This document shows positions 22,628 to 33,966 of a DNA stretch of 64,000 nt, piece after piece (within the stretch, counting starts at the first letter, position 1; every line of letters begins with the position of its first letter). Location of the stretch: NCBI GenBank assembly GCA_001687465.1, contig LVLI01000020.1, positions 1-64,000 on the forward strand, in the 5' to 3' direction. The stretch is from Halocafeteria seosinensis (taxonomy: Eukaryota). The position numbers and the translations under genes were made by a program. A model generated the notes under the pieces. The model searched no databases. It had not been told where the DNA came from and saw only the letters and a list, made by a program, of their open reading frames with translations.

Positions 22628-24017
22628 CGTTTATTGTGTAAAGCGCCTTTAGCGGGTATATCGATTCATTCCTCGTCAATTATCGCTTTGCCTTCTTTCT
22701 CCTCTTTCCTTCCAGCGATTAGAGATGGGAGACTTCGAAAATGCGAGACGGGCTTCAAATAAGCTTACGGAGCTAAGGGGCGAGTACGGATCCTGGATTC
22801 GTGGCACAGGAAGTTCAGCTGAGTGGTGTCTAGGCTTTTTACAAACCCTCTTCTACAGAGCTGGAGTTTAGCAGACGCGTATGCGTATATGCCGCAAGCT
22901 TGACAGGTTTTCTTAGAGCCAGCGCCGAAGGAGGTATGTTGCTAGCCAGTGTTGAGCCGGCGAATCTTGCTGGGAGGAATGGACGAACAAGTACTAACAC
23001 GCATTCGAACGACGGCTTCTTGATGGCATCAGCGCTGAATGCGTAGGATAGGAACGATACAATTTGTCCACGGTTACACGAAATTAGTCATTAGGGTTGC
23101 GGACGATGGATAGGATTGTTGTTCTTCACGTATAAGATCGCACAATATAGGTCGCGGGTCGCACTGCCCTGCGCATATGAAAAATCCACACGACACGAAC
23201 GAACACTGAACCTCCATGGCACCGAATGCGGGAATTTGGAAAGTACTCTCGTAATGGCATGAGATCTGTAAAACTCGGGGTAGCCTGTGTTATGCTGTCA
23301 AGCACATGCACTGACTCCATATCACTCACTCCCTGACACTTCTGCACGTACAGTATGGTACGTACGTACCATGGTAATTCGCTGTGGAATTGTCTCAACA
23401 AGGGGCAGGAAATCTATACAACCAGTATGCCAACGCTGGGCTGGAAACTACATGACAATTCGAAATCCAGTTTGGACCTTGCGATTGTAGCACACCTGCA
23501 ATGGCCGCAAGGCACAATCAGTCACCAACCAAGCGAACATCAGTAGAATTAAAAGCGTACACCAATGGCATCGTCGCGACCATTGCAGTGGCAATGTATA
23601 TCATCTGATACCTGTCTGATCCTTCTGCATGGCACTGGGGCAGAATCATCTTATATCGGCAACCGTTCACTATTGCGTCCATTCCCCTTAGCCACCATCA
23701 TGGATAATTGAGAGCGATACTACCCGTTGTATATGCTACTGTCACAGCTCGGCAGAAGTCTCAATTCTTCAAGACACGACTCATGTCACAGCCAGATGAT
23801 CCAGATCCAACTCTACGCGTAGTTGAAGTGGCCGACAATGGCGTCGATTGAGAGAGTTCGTTGATAGTTGAAAAGTTTGTCACATAGTGTCACAAAATTC
23901 ATTTCAGTAATAATAGTTAACGTATGCGAATGATTTCGTGGTTGTAGTGCTATACAGAATGATGTATACAAGTTCACTACATGTACTTCAACTCCTCTGC
24001 AGAGCAGTCACTCAGCA

Positions 24018-27000
24018 GTGCCCATGAGGGGTGCCCGTAGTATGGGGAATAGAACAAAAGAGTTTAGACAGTCGAGGCAGTGCCTACGAGGCAGTTTATG
24101 GATCCTCTTGGGTAGCTTAACGCTACTGCTTTGCAATGCCGCTAACGCCTTAACCGGGAAACGTGGAGGAAACTCCCATCTCACAGACGCTGCCATGCGG
24201 TTCTACAGGAGTGACAAGGAGAACAAAGGGGAGCCGGACAACCAAGTGAAGCGATACATCCTTTCGGTATCAACGCATACACCGGGTAATATCAGTGACG
24301 TGTTGGCGAGAACGGGCGGACTGGAAGGGGTTCTCGGCGAACTTGAGCCTTATATAGTTCCAATCAGAAGGTTCCACTATGCGAGCCAGCGTCGAAAGCG
24401 TTCACTTAGTGGAGAAGGACCCGAAAATGGGGTTGCGGCAACCGAGATTTGGAAAGAAGCTTTGCGAAATGAACTGCGAAATCAACGGCGGCGAGGTAGA
24501 GCATTGAAGGGACTTGATACCCAGCCCTCGGGACCCAATGCCCAGGGCTCAATGAAACGAATCAATGCTGCCGTGTGGACATGGATAATTTTGGAAGAAT
24601 TACGGAAATACTCAGTACACGGAATAAATGGAACCTGCCTCACCTCCGGCTGGAAGGATACTCCAGCGTGTCACAGAGTGAAGCGCTCGACTGGTCATGA
24701 GCCGACTGAGACAGGAGATGTCGAAGTTCATATCGGTTCCAGCATCAGCTTTGAAGACGTCAGACCAGAACTCTTTGAGGAACGCATATCTGGAAAGTCG
24801 TCAAGAATCTCAATCCTAATAGCCGTGAAACTCGATAGGAAAACAGCATCGCGAGTAAGTAAAATGGATGGTGTATTCAATTTTGAGGAGGACAAAGATG
24901 TACACATGTTGGATCAGTGTAGTATAAAGCATGGGTGCAACATTCAGTCTCAGACCAATACATTATGGTGGAGTCTCGATCGAATCGATCAGCGAGATGC
25001 AAATAATGGTGCCTACACTTGGTCCACTTGCGATGATGGCCGGGATACAATAGTTTACGTTGCTGATACAGGGGTGCGCGTTACGCATGAGGAGTTCGAG
25101 GATCGAGCATTCCTAGGTATTAACGGATTTGATCTGACATTTAACAGTCTTGACGGTAACGGCCATGGGACTCACGTTGCGGGCACTGTGGCTGGCAAAA
25201 CATATGGAGTGTCAAAGAAAAGCACCATTGTGGCAGTAAAGGTCCTCGATTCCTCAGGGAGCGGGAGCCTGCTTGCTCTTTTACGAGGACTGGAATGGGT
25301 TCGCCTGGTTACTATTGATGACTACGTCGAAGACTTGGTACACCGGCGCAAAGTTCGGCGTGCGGTACTAAATCTTTCTCTCGGAGCCGAATTGTCGATA
25401 TCGATTAACCAGATGATGGAAGAACTCGTCGAGGTCGGCATCAGCACTGTTGTGGCAGCTGGGAACGATAATGAAAACGCTTGTTTCTTTTCACCGGCCA
25501 GCCATTTCCGAAGCATTTCTGTCGGGGCTAGTACGAAAAAGGACGCGAAGGCTTCCTTCAGTAATGCCGGGGAGTGTGTAGATGTATTCGCTCCCGGGAC
25601 AAACATAAGGTCAGCATGGAAAAACAGTGATACCTCGCTAGTGGATATACAAGGAACTTCAATGGCTTCGCCCCTTGTCGCTGGGCTGGTAGCACGACAC
25701 TTGACTCTCTTCCCGTACTCTACACCGGATGAAGTCGCTGCATCTCTGAGCTGCATAGCTACAGGGACTGACTCGGGGGGTCAGTACAGAGAATCCGGTA
25801 TATCTGGAGTTTCAACTCCCCCGACACACTCTTTGCTTGTGTTCTATCCTTCTGACTGTTCCTTGAATGTTAGTTTTCTGGGACAATCGCCTGATCGCTT
25901 CTCCGCGTCTCCGTCCATGCAATTGATCTACTGGCCAGTGCGAGAAGACGTTCTTGAGCCGGATTTTACTTGGCCGATTGAGGGAACGTATGGGGTGGAA
26001 AGCGAGGCAGTGGAAGATGGATGCAAAGGTCGTCCGTGTTGGGATAATTGCAACGGTGTGGGGAGTTGTTGGAATGGACATTGTACATGTCCTTGTGATT
26101 ATATTGGGTTGGAATGTGAAAGAAGACTACAGATTCATTCTCTTGACGGATTGAATGGATCTATTATCGCATCGAACACGGAACAGATAACAGATGACGG
26201 AACTTATGAAGCTTCTGATGTGTTTTTCTTCCTGTCGGCGGAGTGGTGGTTTTTCATTCCTATTTCCCCCTCTGTGGAGTCAGTAGCATTCCATACATGT
26301 GGGGACGAAACGAATTTTCCTACTGTAATCGTTCTGGTATCCTCTTGCCCGCACTTTTTTAGCAGCCCCTACTCTGTGGAAGCCGTTGGTCACAATGAAT
26401 TATCAGCTAGCTGGTGCTCGGGAAACAGCAGCGAGTACGCTGCTCGAGTAAGGTTGGATATGAGTGAAGTCGATGTTTTAGCTGAGAATGAATTTGGTGA
26501 GAAGGGTCTCTATGGCATGGTAGAAGGATGGGATGTTGCCAGTGGGACGTTCTCTCTCTCATGGTCTATTTCTACCCTCCCCCCAACCGTGTCTCCAAGC
26601 AGTTCCCGAGATCCTTTGTTTCCGGACATCATACGTATTAGTCACTCTTCGTCTCCTTCATCGATGGGGTCTTCTGCAACTCCTTCGGAGACAGCAACAC
26701 TGTCCCCGTCGGCTTCAGCACCCATGCCGTCTGACTATTCACCCGCTATCTCAGTGACCGCTACCTTTTCGACAGCGGTTTTAGCGACTTCATCAAAATC
26801 GATTGCAGCAACTCTGTCATCTCCTTCAACGATAGGATCACCAACATCAAGTTCGACGAACACATATTCCCCGACTCCGTCGTCTACAGGTACCTCCTCA
26901 GCCACCTATACAGTTACTCCAACACAGTCCTTGACATTAACTCCAATGCTGACTCCGTCTTCCTCAGCAACAGGATCAACTTCGTCAAGTCCGTCAAACA

Positions 27001-29492
27001 CACAGTCACCAACATGCACTTCCTCAGCAACAGGATCACCTTCCTCGAGTCCGTCAAACACACAGTCACCAACATGTACACCCACGGGCACCTCGTCGAC
27101 AACGGCTTCGGCGACTTCATCAAAATCGATTACAACAACTCCGACTCTGACTTCATCTCCCTCAATAACGGGCTCGTCATCATCGAGTTCCACAAACTCA
27201 TATTCCTCGACTCTGTCGTCTACAGGTACTCCGTCAACCACCTTTACGGTTACTCCAACACAGTCGTTGACAGTAACTCCAACGCTGACTTCGTCTTCCT
27301 CAGCAACAGGATCACCTTCCTTGAGTCCGTCAAACACACAGTCACCAACATGTACACCCACGGGCACCTCGTCGACAACGGCTTCAGCGACTTCATCAAA
27401 ATCGATTACAGCAACTCCGACTCTGACTTCATCTCCCTCAATAACGGGCTCGTCATCATCGAGTTCCACAAACTCATATTCCTCGACTCTGTCGTCTACA
27501 GGTACTCCGTCAACCACCTTTACGGTTACTCCAACACAGTCGTTGACAGTAACTCCAACGCTGACTTCGTCTTCCTCAGCAACAGGATCACCTTCCTTGA
27601 GTCCGTCAAACACACAGTCACCGACATATACACCCACGGGCACCTCGTCGACAACGGCTTCAGCGACTTCATCAAAATCGATTACAGCAACTCCGACTCT
27701 GACTTCATCTCCCTCAATAACGGGCTCGTCATCATCAAGTTCCACAAACTCATATTCCTCGACTCCGTCGTCTACAGGTACCTCCTCAGCCACCTTTACA
27801 GTAACTCCAACGCTGACTTCGTCTTCCTCAGCAACAGGATCACCTTCCTTGAGTCCGTCAAATACCCAGCCACCAACATGTACACCCACGGGCACCTCGT
27901 CGACAACGGCTTCAGCGACTTCATTAAAATCGATTACAGCAACTCTGACTCCGATTTCATCAGCCTCAACTACGCAGCCGCCATCGCCTAGTTCGGCAGA
28001 CGCATATTCATTGTCTCCGACTTTATCTTCAGCGACTTCAGATATGGCAACACAATATTCTAGTGATTCACCGACTCCATCATCTACAGATTTCGCTTCG
28101 ACAACCTGCACTGCTACTACGTCAAATCCAATGCGAACCCCATCTTCCTCACCAACAGGACCACCATCATCTACTACCTCAAACTCATACTCAACCAACC
28201 GGTCGTTTTCCTCCAACGCTGCTGCAATTACACCATCAGCGACGGGGCTGACGCCGCTTCCCTTAGCCATAGAATTGCCATCATCAAGCTCGCCAAACAC
28301 ATACTCTCCGACCTCCTCACCCACAGACCTCGTTTTGTTGACCGGAACAGTTATTTCATCAAAGTCGGCGACGCCAACTCCAATTATGACTTCGTCTAAG
28401 TCCTCAGACTCAGTCCCTACCACTCATACAATTACTCCATCAATGTGGATGACGTCGACTGTGTCTACCTTAGCAACGGGACGTGTCTCTGACTCGACTT
28501 TTCCCGGCCGCTTGGGAACTTCCGAAGCCTCTTCGGATCTTGCTAGCGAGAGTTTAACTCCAGGGTCTTTTTTATACCGAACTGCTTCACCATCTCCCAG
28601 TGTCCTACTGACACTTACAGCGACACCTGCACGCTTAAAAGAGTGTCCATCATGCATTATTTTCCGGATAGCACTTCGGCTTGCGGAACAGACTAATTCT
28701 GATTTTCTTGATCAGTTGACAGATGTGCTTTCGAATCTTCTAGATGACGCCAACGCGGTAGCGGGTGGTTCATTCTATCCTTCTCCTTCTACCAAAGATG
28801 CAGTTAGGTGGCGCTTCAAGAGTGAAGTTGAGGAAATCTTTTTGCGGCAACTTAGTGAAACGGACAAGAACAGTACTTCCACGTTGCACCTGCGAATCAC
28901 GGGGATGTTGGAGACCATATCGGATGGGCAAGCAGTTCACGTCGACAGAGCTGATGAGAACTTAAGGTTACAACTGGCTCGTCGATCGTTCGACGCTCTT
29001 TTTCCGAAAGAGGACAAGAGTCTCCCAGGCTTGAAGTCTTCTGCACTGTTTCGCTCTAATAGCATTCAGCCGGTCAGCGTAGGATCCCTTAGCGTAGACG
29101 AGTTTCTTACAAAAACTGATAAATTTCGGTTTGAAGAGTCTGGAAACTCTGAAGACGAGAAGGAAAATCGATCCTCTTCGTCATCGACACAGGGTTTAGG
29201 TACTGTAGGGGGTATAGCTGTAGGTTTGTCGATGGCTGGATTATTGGCGACCGTAGTTGCAGGAGCTCTTTGGGTCAGAATCCGGAAACGAAAATACGGA
29301 AATGCCTCCGAAGATTTCGCCGAGAATTATGCGGACGAACCCGAGGAGAGGGGTCGACTCTTTTCTAACAGAGGATTTGGCAGTAATTCTGCAAAACATC
29401 CGACTCGAGGAGTCGAGGAGTCTAATCCAGGAGTGACCAAAGTAATGCCGACCCCAGAGGAGTTTTGTGATCTCCCAGATCAAGCGCGTTGA
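24018..29492 (+). CDS. Type-I membrane subtilisin (S8, proteinase K/aqualysin-like) with an EGF-like domain, Ser/Thr mucin-like stalk and C-terminal TM; first ATG at 24024, true start uncertain
   Basis: Catalytic motifs VADTG, GNGHGTHVAG, AAGN, GTSMASP; EGF-like CNGVGSCWNGHCTCPCDYIGLEC; TM GIAVGLSMAGLLATVVAGALWV followed by RIRKRK. Confidence 0.93.
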   Translation: MPMRGARSMGNRTKEFRQSRQCLRGSLWILLGSLTLLLCNAANALTGKRGGNSHLTDAAMRFYRSDKENKGEPDNQVKRYILSVSTHTPGNISDVLARTGGLEGVLGELEPYIVPIRRFHYASQRRKRSLSGEGPENGVAATEIWKEALRNELRNQRRRGRALKGLDTQPSGPNAQGSMKRINAAVWTWIILEELRKYSVHGINGTCLTSGWKDTPACHRVKRSTGHEPTETGDVEVHIGSSISFEDVRPELFEERISGKSSRISILIAVKLDRKTASRVSKMDGVFNFEEDKDVHMLDQCSIKHGCNIQSQTNTLWWSLDRIDQRDANNGAYTWSTCDDGRDTIVYVADTGVRVTHEEFEDRAFLGINGFDLTFNSLDGNGHGTHVAGTVAGKTYGVSKKSTIVAVKVLDSSGSGSLLALLRGLEWVRLVTIDDYVEDLVHRRKVRRAVLNLSLGAELSISINQMMEELVEVGISTVVAAGNDNENACFFSPASHFRSISVGASTKKDAKASFSNAGECVDVFAPGTNIRSAWKNSDTSLVDIQGTSMASPLVAGLVARHLTLFPYSTPDEVAASLSCIATGTDSGGQYRESGISGVSTPPTHSLLVFYPSDCSLNVSFLGQSPDRFSASPSMQLIYWPVREDVLEPDFTWPIEGTYGVESEAVEDGCKGRPCWDNCNGVGSCWNGHCTCPCDYIGLECERRLQIHSLDGLNGSIIASNTEQITDDGTYEASDVFFFLSAEWWFFIPISPSVESVAFHTCGDETNFPTVIVLVSSCPHFFSSPYSVEAVGHNELSASWCSGNSSEYAARVRLDMSEVDVLAENEFGEKGLYGMVEGWDVASGTFSLSWSISTLPPTVSPSSSRDPLFPDIIRISHSSSPSSMGSSATPSETATLSPSASAPMPSDYSPAISVTATFSTAVLATSSKSIAATLSSPSTIGSPTSSSTNTYSPTPSSTGTSSATYTVTPTQSLTLTPMLTPSSSATGSTSSSPSNTQSPTCTSSATGSPSSSPSNTQSPTCTPTGTSSTTASATSSKSITTTPTLTSSPSITGSSSSSSTNSYSSTLSSTGTPSTTFTVTPTQSLTVTPTLTSSSSATGSPSLSPSNTQSPTCTPTGTSSTTASATSSKSITATPTLTSSPSITGSSSSSSTNSYSSTLSSTGTPSTTFTVTPTQSLTVTPTLTSSSSATGSPSLSPSNTQSPTYTPTGTSSTTASATSSKSITATPTLTSSPSITGSSSSSSTNSYSSTPSSTGTSSATFTVTPTLTSSSSATGSPSLSPSNTQPPTCTPTGTSSTTASATSLKSITATLTPISSASTTQPPSPSSADAYSLSPTLSSATSDMATQYSSDSPTPSSTDFASTTCTATTSNPMRTPSSSPTGPPSSTTSNSYSTNRSFSSNAAAITPSATGLTPLPLAIELPSSSSPNTYSPTSSPTDLVLLTGTVISSKSATPTPIMTSSKSSDSVPTTHTITPSMWMTSTVSTLATGRVSDSTFPGRLGTSEASSDLASESLTPGSFLYRTASPSPSVLLTLTATPARLKECPSCIIFRIALRLAEQTNSDFLDQLTDVLSNLLDDANAVAGGSFYPSPSTKDAVRWRFKSEVEEIFLRQLSETDKNSTSTLHLRITGMLETISDGQAVHVDRADENLRLQLARRSFDALFPKEDKSLPGLKSSALFRSNSIQPVSVGSLSVDEFLTKTDKFRFEESGNSEDEKENRSSSSSTQGLGTVGGIAVGLSMAGLLATVVAGALWVRIRKRKYGNASEDFAENYADEPEERGRLFSNRGFGSNSAKHPTRGVEESNPGVTKVMPTPEEFCDLPDQAR
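26770..27960 (+). repeat. Coding tandem repeat, 276 bp (92 aa) period, last unit 252 bp
   Basis: TCCTCAGCAACAGGATCACC recurs at 27021, 27297, 27573 and 27825, with more diverged units at the edges. Confidence 0.95.
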
Positions 29493-29841
29493 CGATCCAC
29501 ATGGCGCCGCGCGTCCTGATACTTATCGAGAAAGGTGTTCTCTTTTGCCACAATCGCTGAACTTGTTGTAGCATCTTTGCGTGATTGTTAACAAGCTGTG
29601 GCACACGCAATACACACATGTGACATGTCCCGTACCACGTGGCACCCGTATACCTCAACCTTCTGAGGTCCTTCTCACAGTAACCTTCACAAAGGTACTT
29701 CTCTGCTCATATATGTACCTGCACTACATTGTTTGATAACTCCACTGTCTTCATCTGCTTTTTATTGTGCCGTCGTGGCCACTTTACGGTGGTAGTTGTT
29801 GCAAACGGCGTTCAGAACTGATACACACGCACGGTATTGCA

Positions 29842-31463
29842 ATGGGAAAGAAAAACACTGCGACCGGTTCCGGTGCAGAGCTCCACTACGAGTTTGGTGG
29901 TCCTTTAGGAGCTTCCATTAACCTAGTTTTCCTTCCCATATTCGTATGGCTTTCTGCATATACCTGTCCTGATGTAGTTGGCTCCTCCTGGCCCAGCTGG
30001 GATCGCCTCCAACAGCTGACGGACACTGATGGCGTCCTGCGAGCGCTACGTCAGAGTTTCTCGCTGGAAGCGCTGCTGGTTATCACGGGTTGGTTTGCCT
30101 TCCAAGTGCTACTTTACTACATTATACAAGGCTACTACGTGGAAGGGGTTGAACTACCGAACGGCGAGAAGCTTTCTTACAAAATCAATGGTACGTGGAT
30201 TCCTCCGAGGTACTTTGGTCTTCCAAGCTTACTTAACGGCGGTATCCACACAGCGTTCCGCTGCTTCATGGTTTCACTCCTGGGACTCGGATATATGCAC
30301 TCCTACACGGCCTACAAACTTACATGGATCTATGACAACTTTATACAACTAACAACGGCCACCATTCTCTTCAGTATGGCACTCTCGGTATTCGTTTACT
30401 TGAATTCTTTCCAGGAGGGAGAGGTTTTGGCTGAAGGGGGCCAAAGTGGTAAGTGATCCATAGCCAAAGAGCTTTATCGGAGGGAACGTATTTATGACTT
30501 GATTTGGCCATACAGGAAATTTCTTTTACGACTTCTTCATTGGGCGGCCGCTAAATCCTCGCATTGCGGATTTTGACATAAAATACTTCTGCGAACTTCG
30601 CCCGGGGCTAATCGGTTGGATTGTCATTGTCATTGGTATGATGGCGAAGTAAGCATAATCTCTACAATTGATGAAATCAGTGTAGCCTTGAATCTACTTG
30701 CTCTCCGCAGGCAATACGAGCAATTCGGCACGATTTCGAATTCTATGTACTTGGTTTTTGTTTTCCAGATGTTCTACGTCCTTGATGCATTGTGGTATGA
30801 ACCGTGCATCGTAACTAGTATGGACATCACTACCGATGGTTTTGGTGTTATGCTGGCTTTTGGGGATCTTTCTTGGGTCCCCGTGTTGTATTCCCTCCAA
30901 GCGAGATATCTTGCCAGTCATCCGGTGCATCTGAGCTTGGCCGCTGTAGCTGGTATCTGCTTGTTAAAGATCATTGGTCTAGTGTTGTTCAGAGGGGCAA
31001 ACCTACAGAAAGACAGGTTCAAACGGGACCCTGATCACCCTTCAGTCCGAAGTAAGTGAACCAGCCATCGCGGTGGTTAGTTACCGGAATTGTCTCAATT
31101 TCCCCGGTCAACGTGGTGCAGACTTGGCGTACATTAAAACAGAAAGAGGATCTCGATTATTAGTCGACGGGTATTGGGGGATGGCACGGCACATCAATTA
31201 CCTCGGCGATTGGCTGATGGCTGTAGCTTGGTGTTTTCCCACGGGTATGTACTAGGTCTTTTGTGTCTCTTTGCCTGATTGACCCCTATTTGCGACATGC
31301 AGGATTTCAAACTCCCGTGACGTATTTCTATGCCGCCTACTTTGCGTTGCTGCTAATTCATCGAGAAATGAGGGATGAGGAGAAGTGCGCAAGGAAATAT
31401 GGGGCGGACTGGGAGAAGTACAAGAAGAAAGTGCCTTACAGGATTGTGCCACACGTGTACTAA
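29842..31463 (+). CDS. ERG24: Delta14-sterol reductase (ERG24/TM7SF2/LBR type); 5 introns
   Basis: [88 protein letters not shown]. Confidence 0.9.
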
Positions 31464-31484
31464 ATAGGATTGTTTACTTTGTGT

Positions 31485-33243
31485 TTATTTCTGAATTTTG
31501 CTGAAGGTACCACTGTCATTAAAGTATTTCTCATTGGCTTTCTTCACTCGTTCTTGAGCAGCTTGAGGATTTACTAGCTCCATGCCTTGATGAGGAGTGA
31601 AAACCAAGCTGCTTGCCAACCCTGAAGTCGCACCGCTACTTCCTCCTGCATTTGATGCCACTTTGCGCTTTTTGGTAATCTTCTGCTCTTTGCGCTCCAC
31701 CCTCATTCTGCCGTGGCCACTCTGAGACAGTCGCCCCAGTGATTCACCCATTACCGTATCACCGTACTCCCCATCAGCCTGCAAAGTTCACAGGCAACAA
31801 AGTTAAATAAATCAGCGAACACCACTATCACCTAGACAACAAACCTGGGCAAAATTCATCCTGCTAGATTCTTTGCGGACGTCGGTCATGCCCAGCTTCT
31901 CCTTCATTGCCCTGTGCCGCTTTCCTCCACGTTTTCTGCTCGGCTTGTCGTCGGGGCGAGGCAGAGGTTTCTTCTTTTTCCCCGGTGGTGGTTCTTGCCA
32001 TTTCTGGATTTTCTTCTCAATTTCTTCGTAGAAGTGTCTGCCTGTTGTACCATCTTTTGATTCCCTACAGTTATCAATCCTTGCTGCCAAAACAACCCTG
32101 CAAAGGAACGGAAAAGCATTATAGATATCTCCGTGAACACGTAAGTGTACTAACATATTCAAGCACATACTTCCCAGCCAACACTTTGGCAGCTTTTGTC
32201 CGCAAATTGTTCGGAGCACTCTGGACAAGGGGACTCTTAAAAACAATCCCTTCGTGTTGGGACGTGGATGCGCGCGAAAATCCCGACAAAACTTTTTTGC
32301 GCTGCCCAATAACCTGGACGTTACACGCTGGCACCTTAGATAGGGATTCCACCCCACCGACCACCCCGACGAGCTCAGCTGCCACCTCAGTGCTCAATAG
32401 GACTGAGACATTCGGCGCAATAACATTCATCCTGGATTCAATGAATTTTAAAATTCGTTCTTTGGCCTTCGCAAGGGCTTTTATTTCATGACACCCTTCC
32501 AGACATTTTTTCATCTCCTCTGCGTCCAATGGCTGCCCATTTGTCGTAGAAGCGGTGACTGTAACTACCATCACTTGAGTAGCAGGAAGGACGGACTGTA
32601 AATCCACTAGCGTTAAATCTGTTTCATTTTGTATCTTCTCCACAACATTGACATAGTCTAGCATATTTGGCACCAGCTGTTCCAACTCGGGGAACTTCTT
32701 GTGGTACAGGTCAGCCACAAACTTGTGCGCTGCTTGCAAGTGATCGTCAATTTCATTAATAAACTTATTGCTGTGTATGACCAACGAGTAGTCCTCAGAC
32801 TGACTCAAAGGGCCATGTATTTCCTCAGGATTCTCCACTTCGAGAGCCTCATCCACCCTCTGCACGACGTATACTTTAAACTGTGGAATCACAAACATCA
32901 GGAACGACCGTGAACTTACTTTCATCATTTCCTGGAACCTTTGCTGAGATCTCAAGTTCGCTACATCATGCACTGTCTTGGGGATTACTTTCTCAGGCGT
33001 TTCGTTAGGACCTTCCTCGGCCGGCTCTTCATGGTGAGATTGTTGTTGTTGCTTCTCTTGGTGCTGTTGGTCACCCTCTTTGGTGGTCTCTTCTTCGTCT
33101 TCGGCATCGTCTGAGTCCCCGAGATCATTCAGATCGTTCAAGAAGTCTTCGTTGAAGGATTCTTCCGCCTGTAAACGAGGGAATAGATGTAAAACGAGGC
33201 GAATGCAGCCATGACTGGAATGACGGTTCTTCCCACCTACCAT
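31485..33243 (-). CDS. PRPF31: U4/U6.U5 tri-snRNP protein Prp31; 4 introns, first coding exon is ATG only
   Basis: YHKKFPELEQLV, IAPNVS, LSKVPACNVQVIG, KPLPRPD..SRKRGG.R, SGLASSLVFTP.QG.EL.NP. Confidence 0.96.
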
Positions 33244-33440
33244 CTTTCCGGAATGTGCTTTCTGATTTATTGCTCGCACTCTCTTCTGGAAGAAACAAGC
33301 AGGTCACGCAGTCATCTATGTTATACAATGCATTCTAGATGAAATAATTTGATGATGGATTTCATTGAGCATTTTTTTTTATGACTCTGTGACAGCGTAG
33401 TCTGATAACGTAAATGATTGTCTCGTTGAAGTGAGCCTCG

Positions 33441-33468
33441 AGTAAGATGATCTTACTAAGATCATCTT
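33441..33468. repeat. Overlapping perfect palindromes in the PRP31/NEK divergent region
   Basis: AAGATGATCTTA-C-TAAGATCATCTT (33444-33468) overlaps AGTAAGAT-G-ATCTTACT (33441-33457). Confidence 0.9.
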
Positions 33469-33966
33469 GGTGGTGTGCATGGATGACTAGCTGGGCTCTT
33501 GCACACAGATCTATGCACCTCTCAAGTGTAGAGTCTCTTGAGAAGCACGGATGTCATGATGCGGATGTCAAGAGCTTGATCAATGGAGTCCCAACATTCC
33601 CGGACTGCAGACTGGCAGTTCCGTCATCAGGCCTTCAATAGCTTTGTACAATCCCATTTTTCTACTAACAATCAAATGAGAAGTGCGAAGAACGTCTTCG
33701 TATACATATTTCAAACTCTGCACTGTTGTACTTGTACAATACTGCCAGTGGCAGCCAGTCTAGTGAGTCCACTGGCTGAAGTTGAAGAATGGTTCAAAGC
33801 TGGAACTTTACGCGCGCGCGCGCTCCTTCACTCAATGCCAGGCTGACATAGTTTGTTTTCTCCTGTTGTTGTTACATGGCACCATCGTAAAAGTGGTAGG
33901 TGGATCGTCTTTTTGTAAATAACATTGACTTTTGGTAGGGTAAGTAAGTAGGATCGAAACGGAAAG

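Noticed and set aside
26906..28423. 505 aa antisense ORF and 325 aa alternate-frame ORF
   Set aside because: Shadows of the Ser/Thr tandem repeat in the subtilase.
33350..33405. TGATGA...CTGA as a C/D snoRNA
   Set aside because: Too short, no terminal stem, no recognisable rRNA guide, and it contains a poly-T run.
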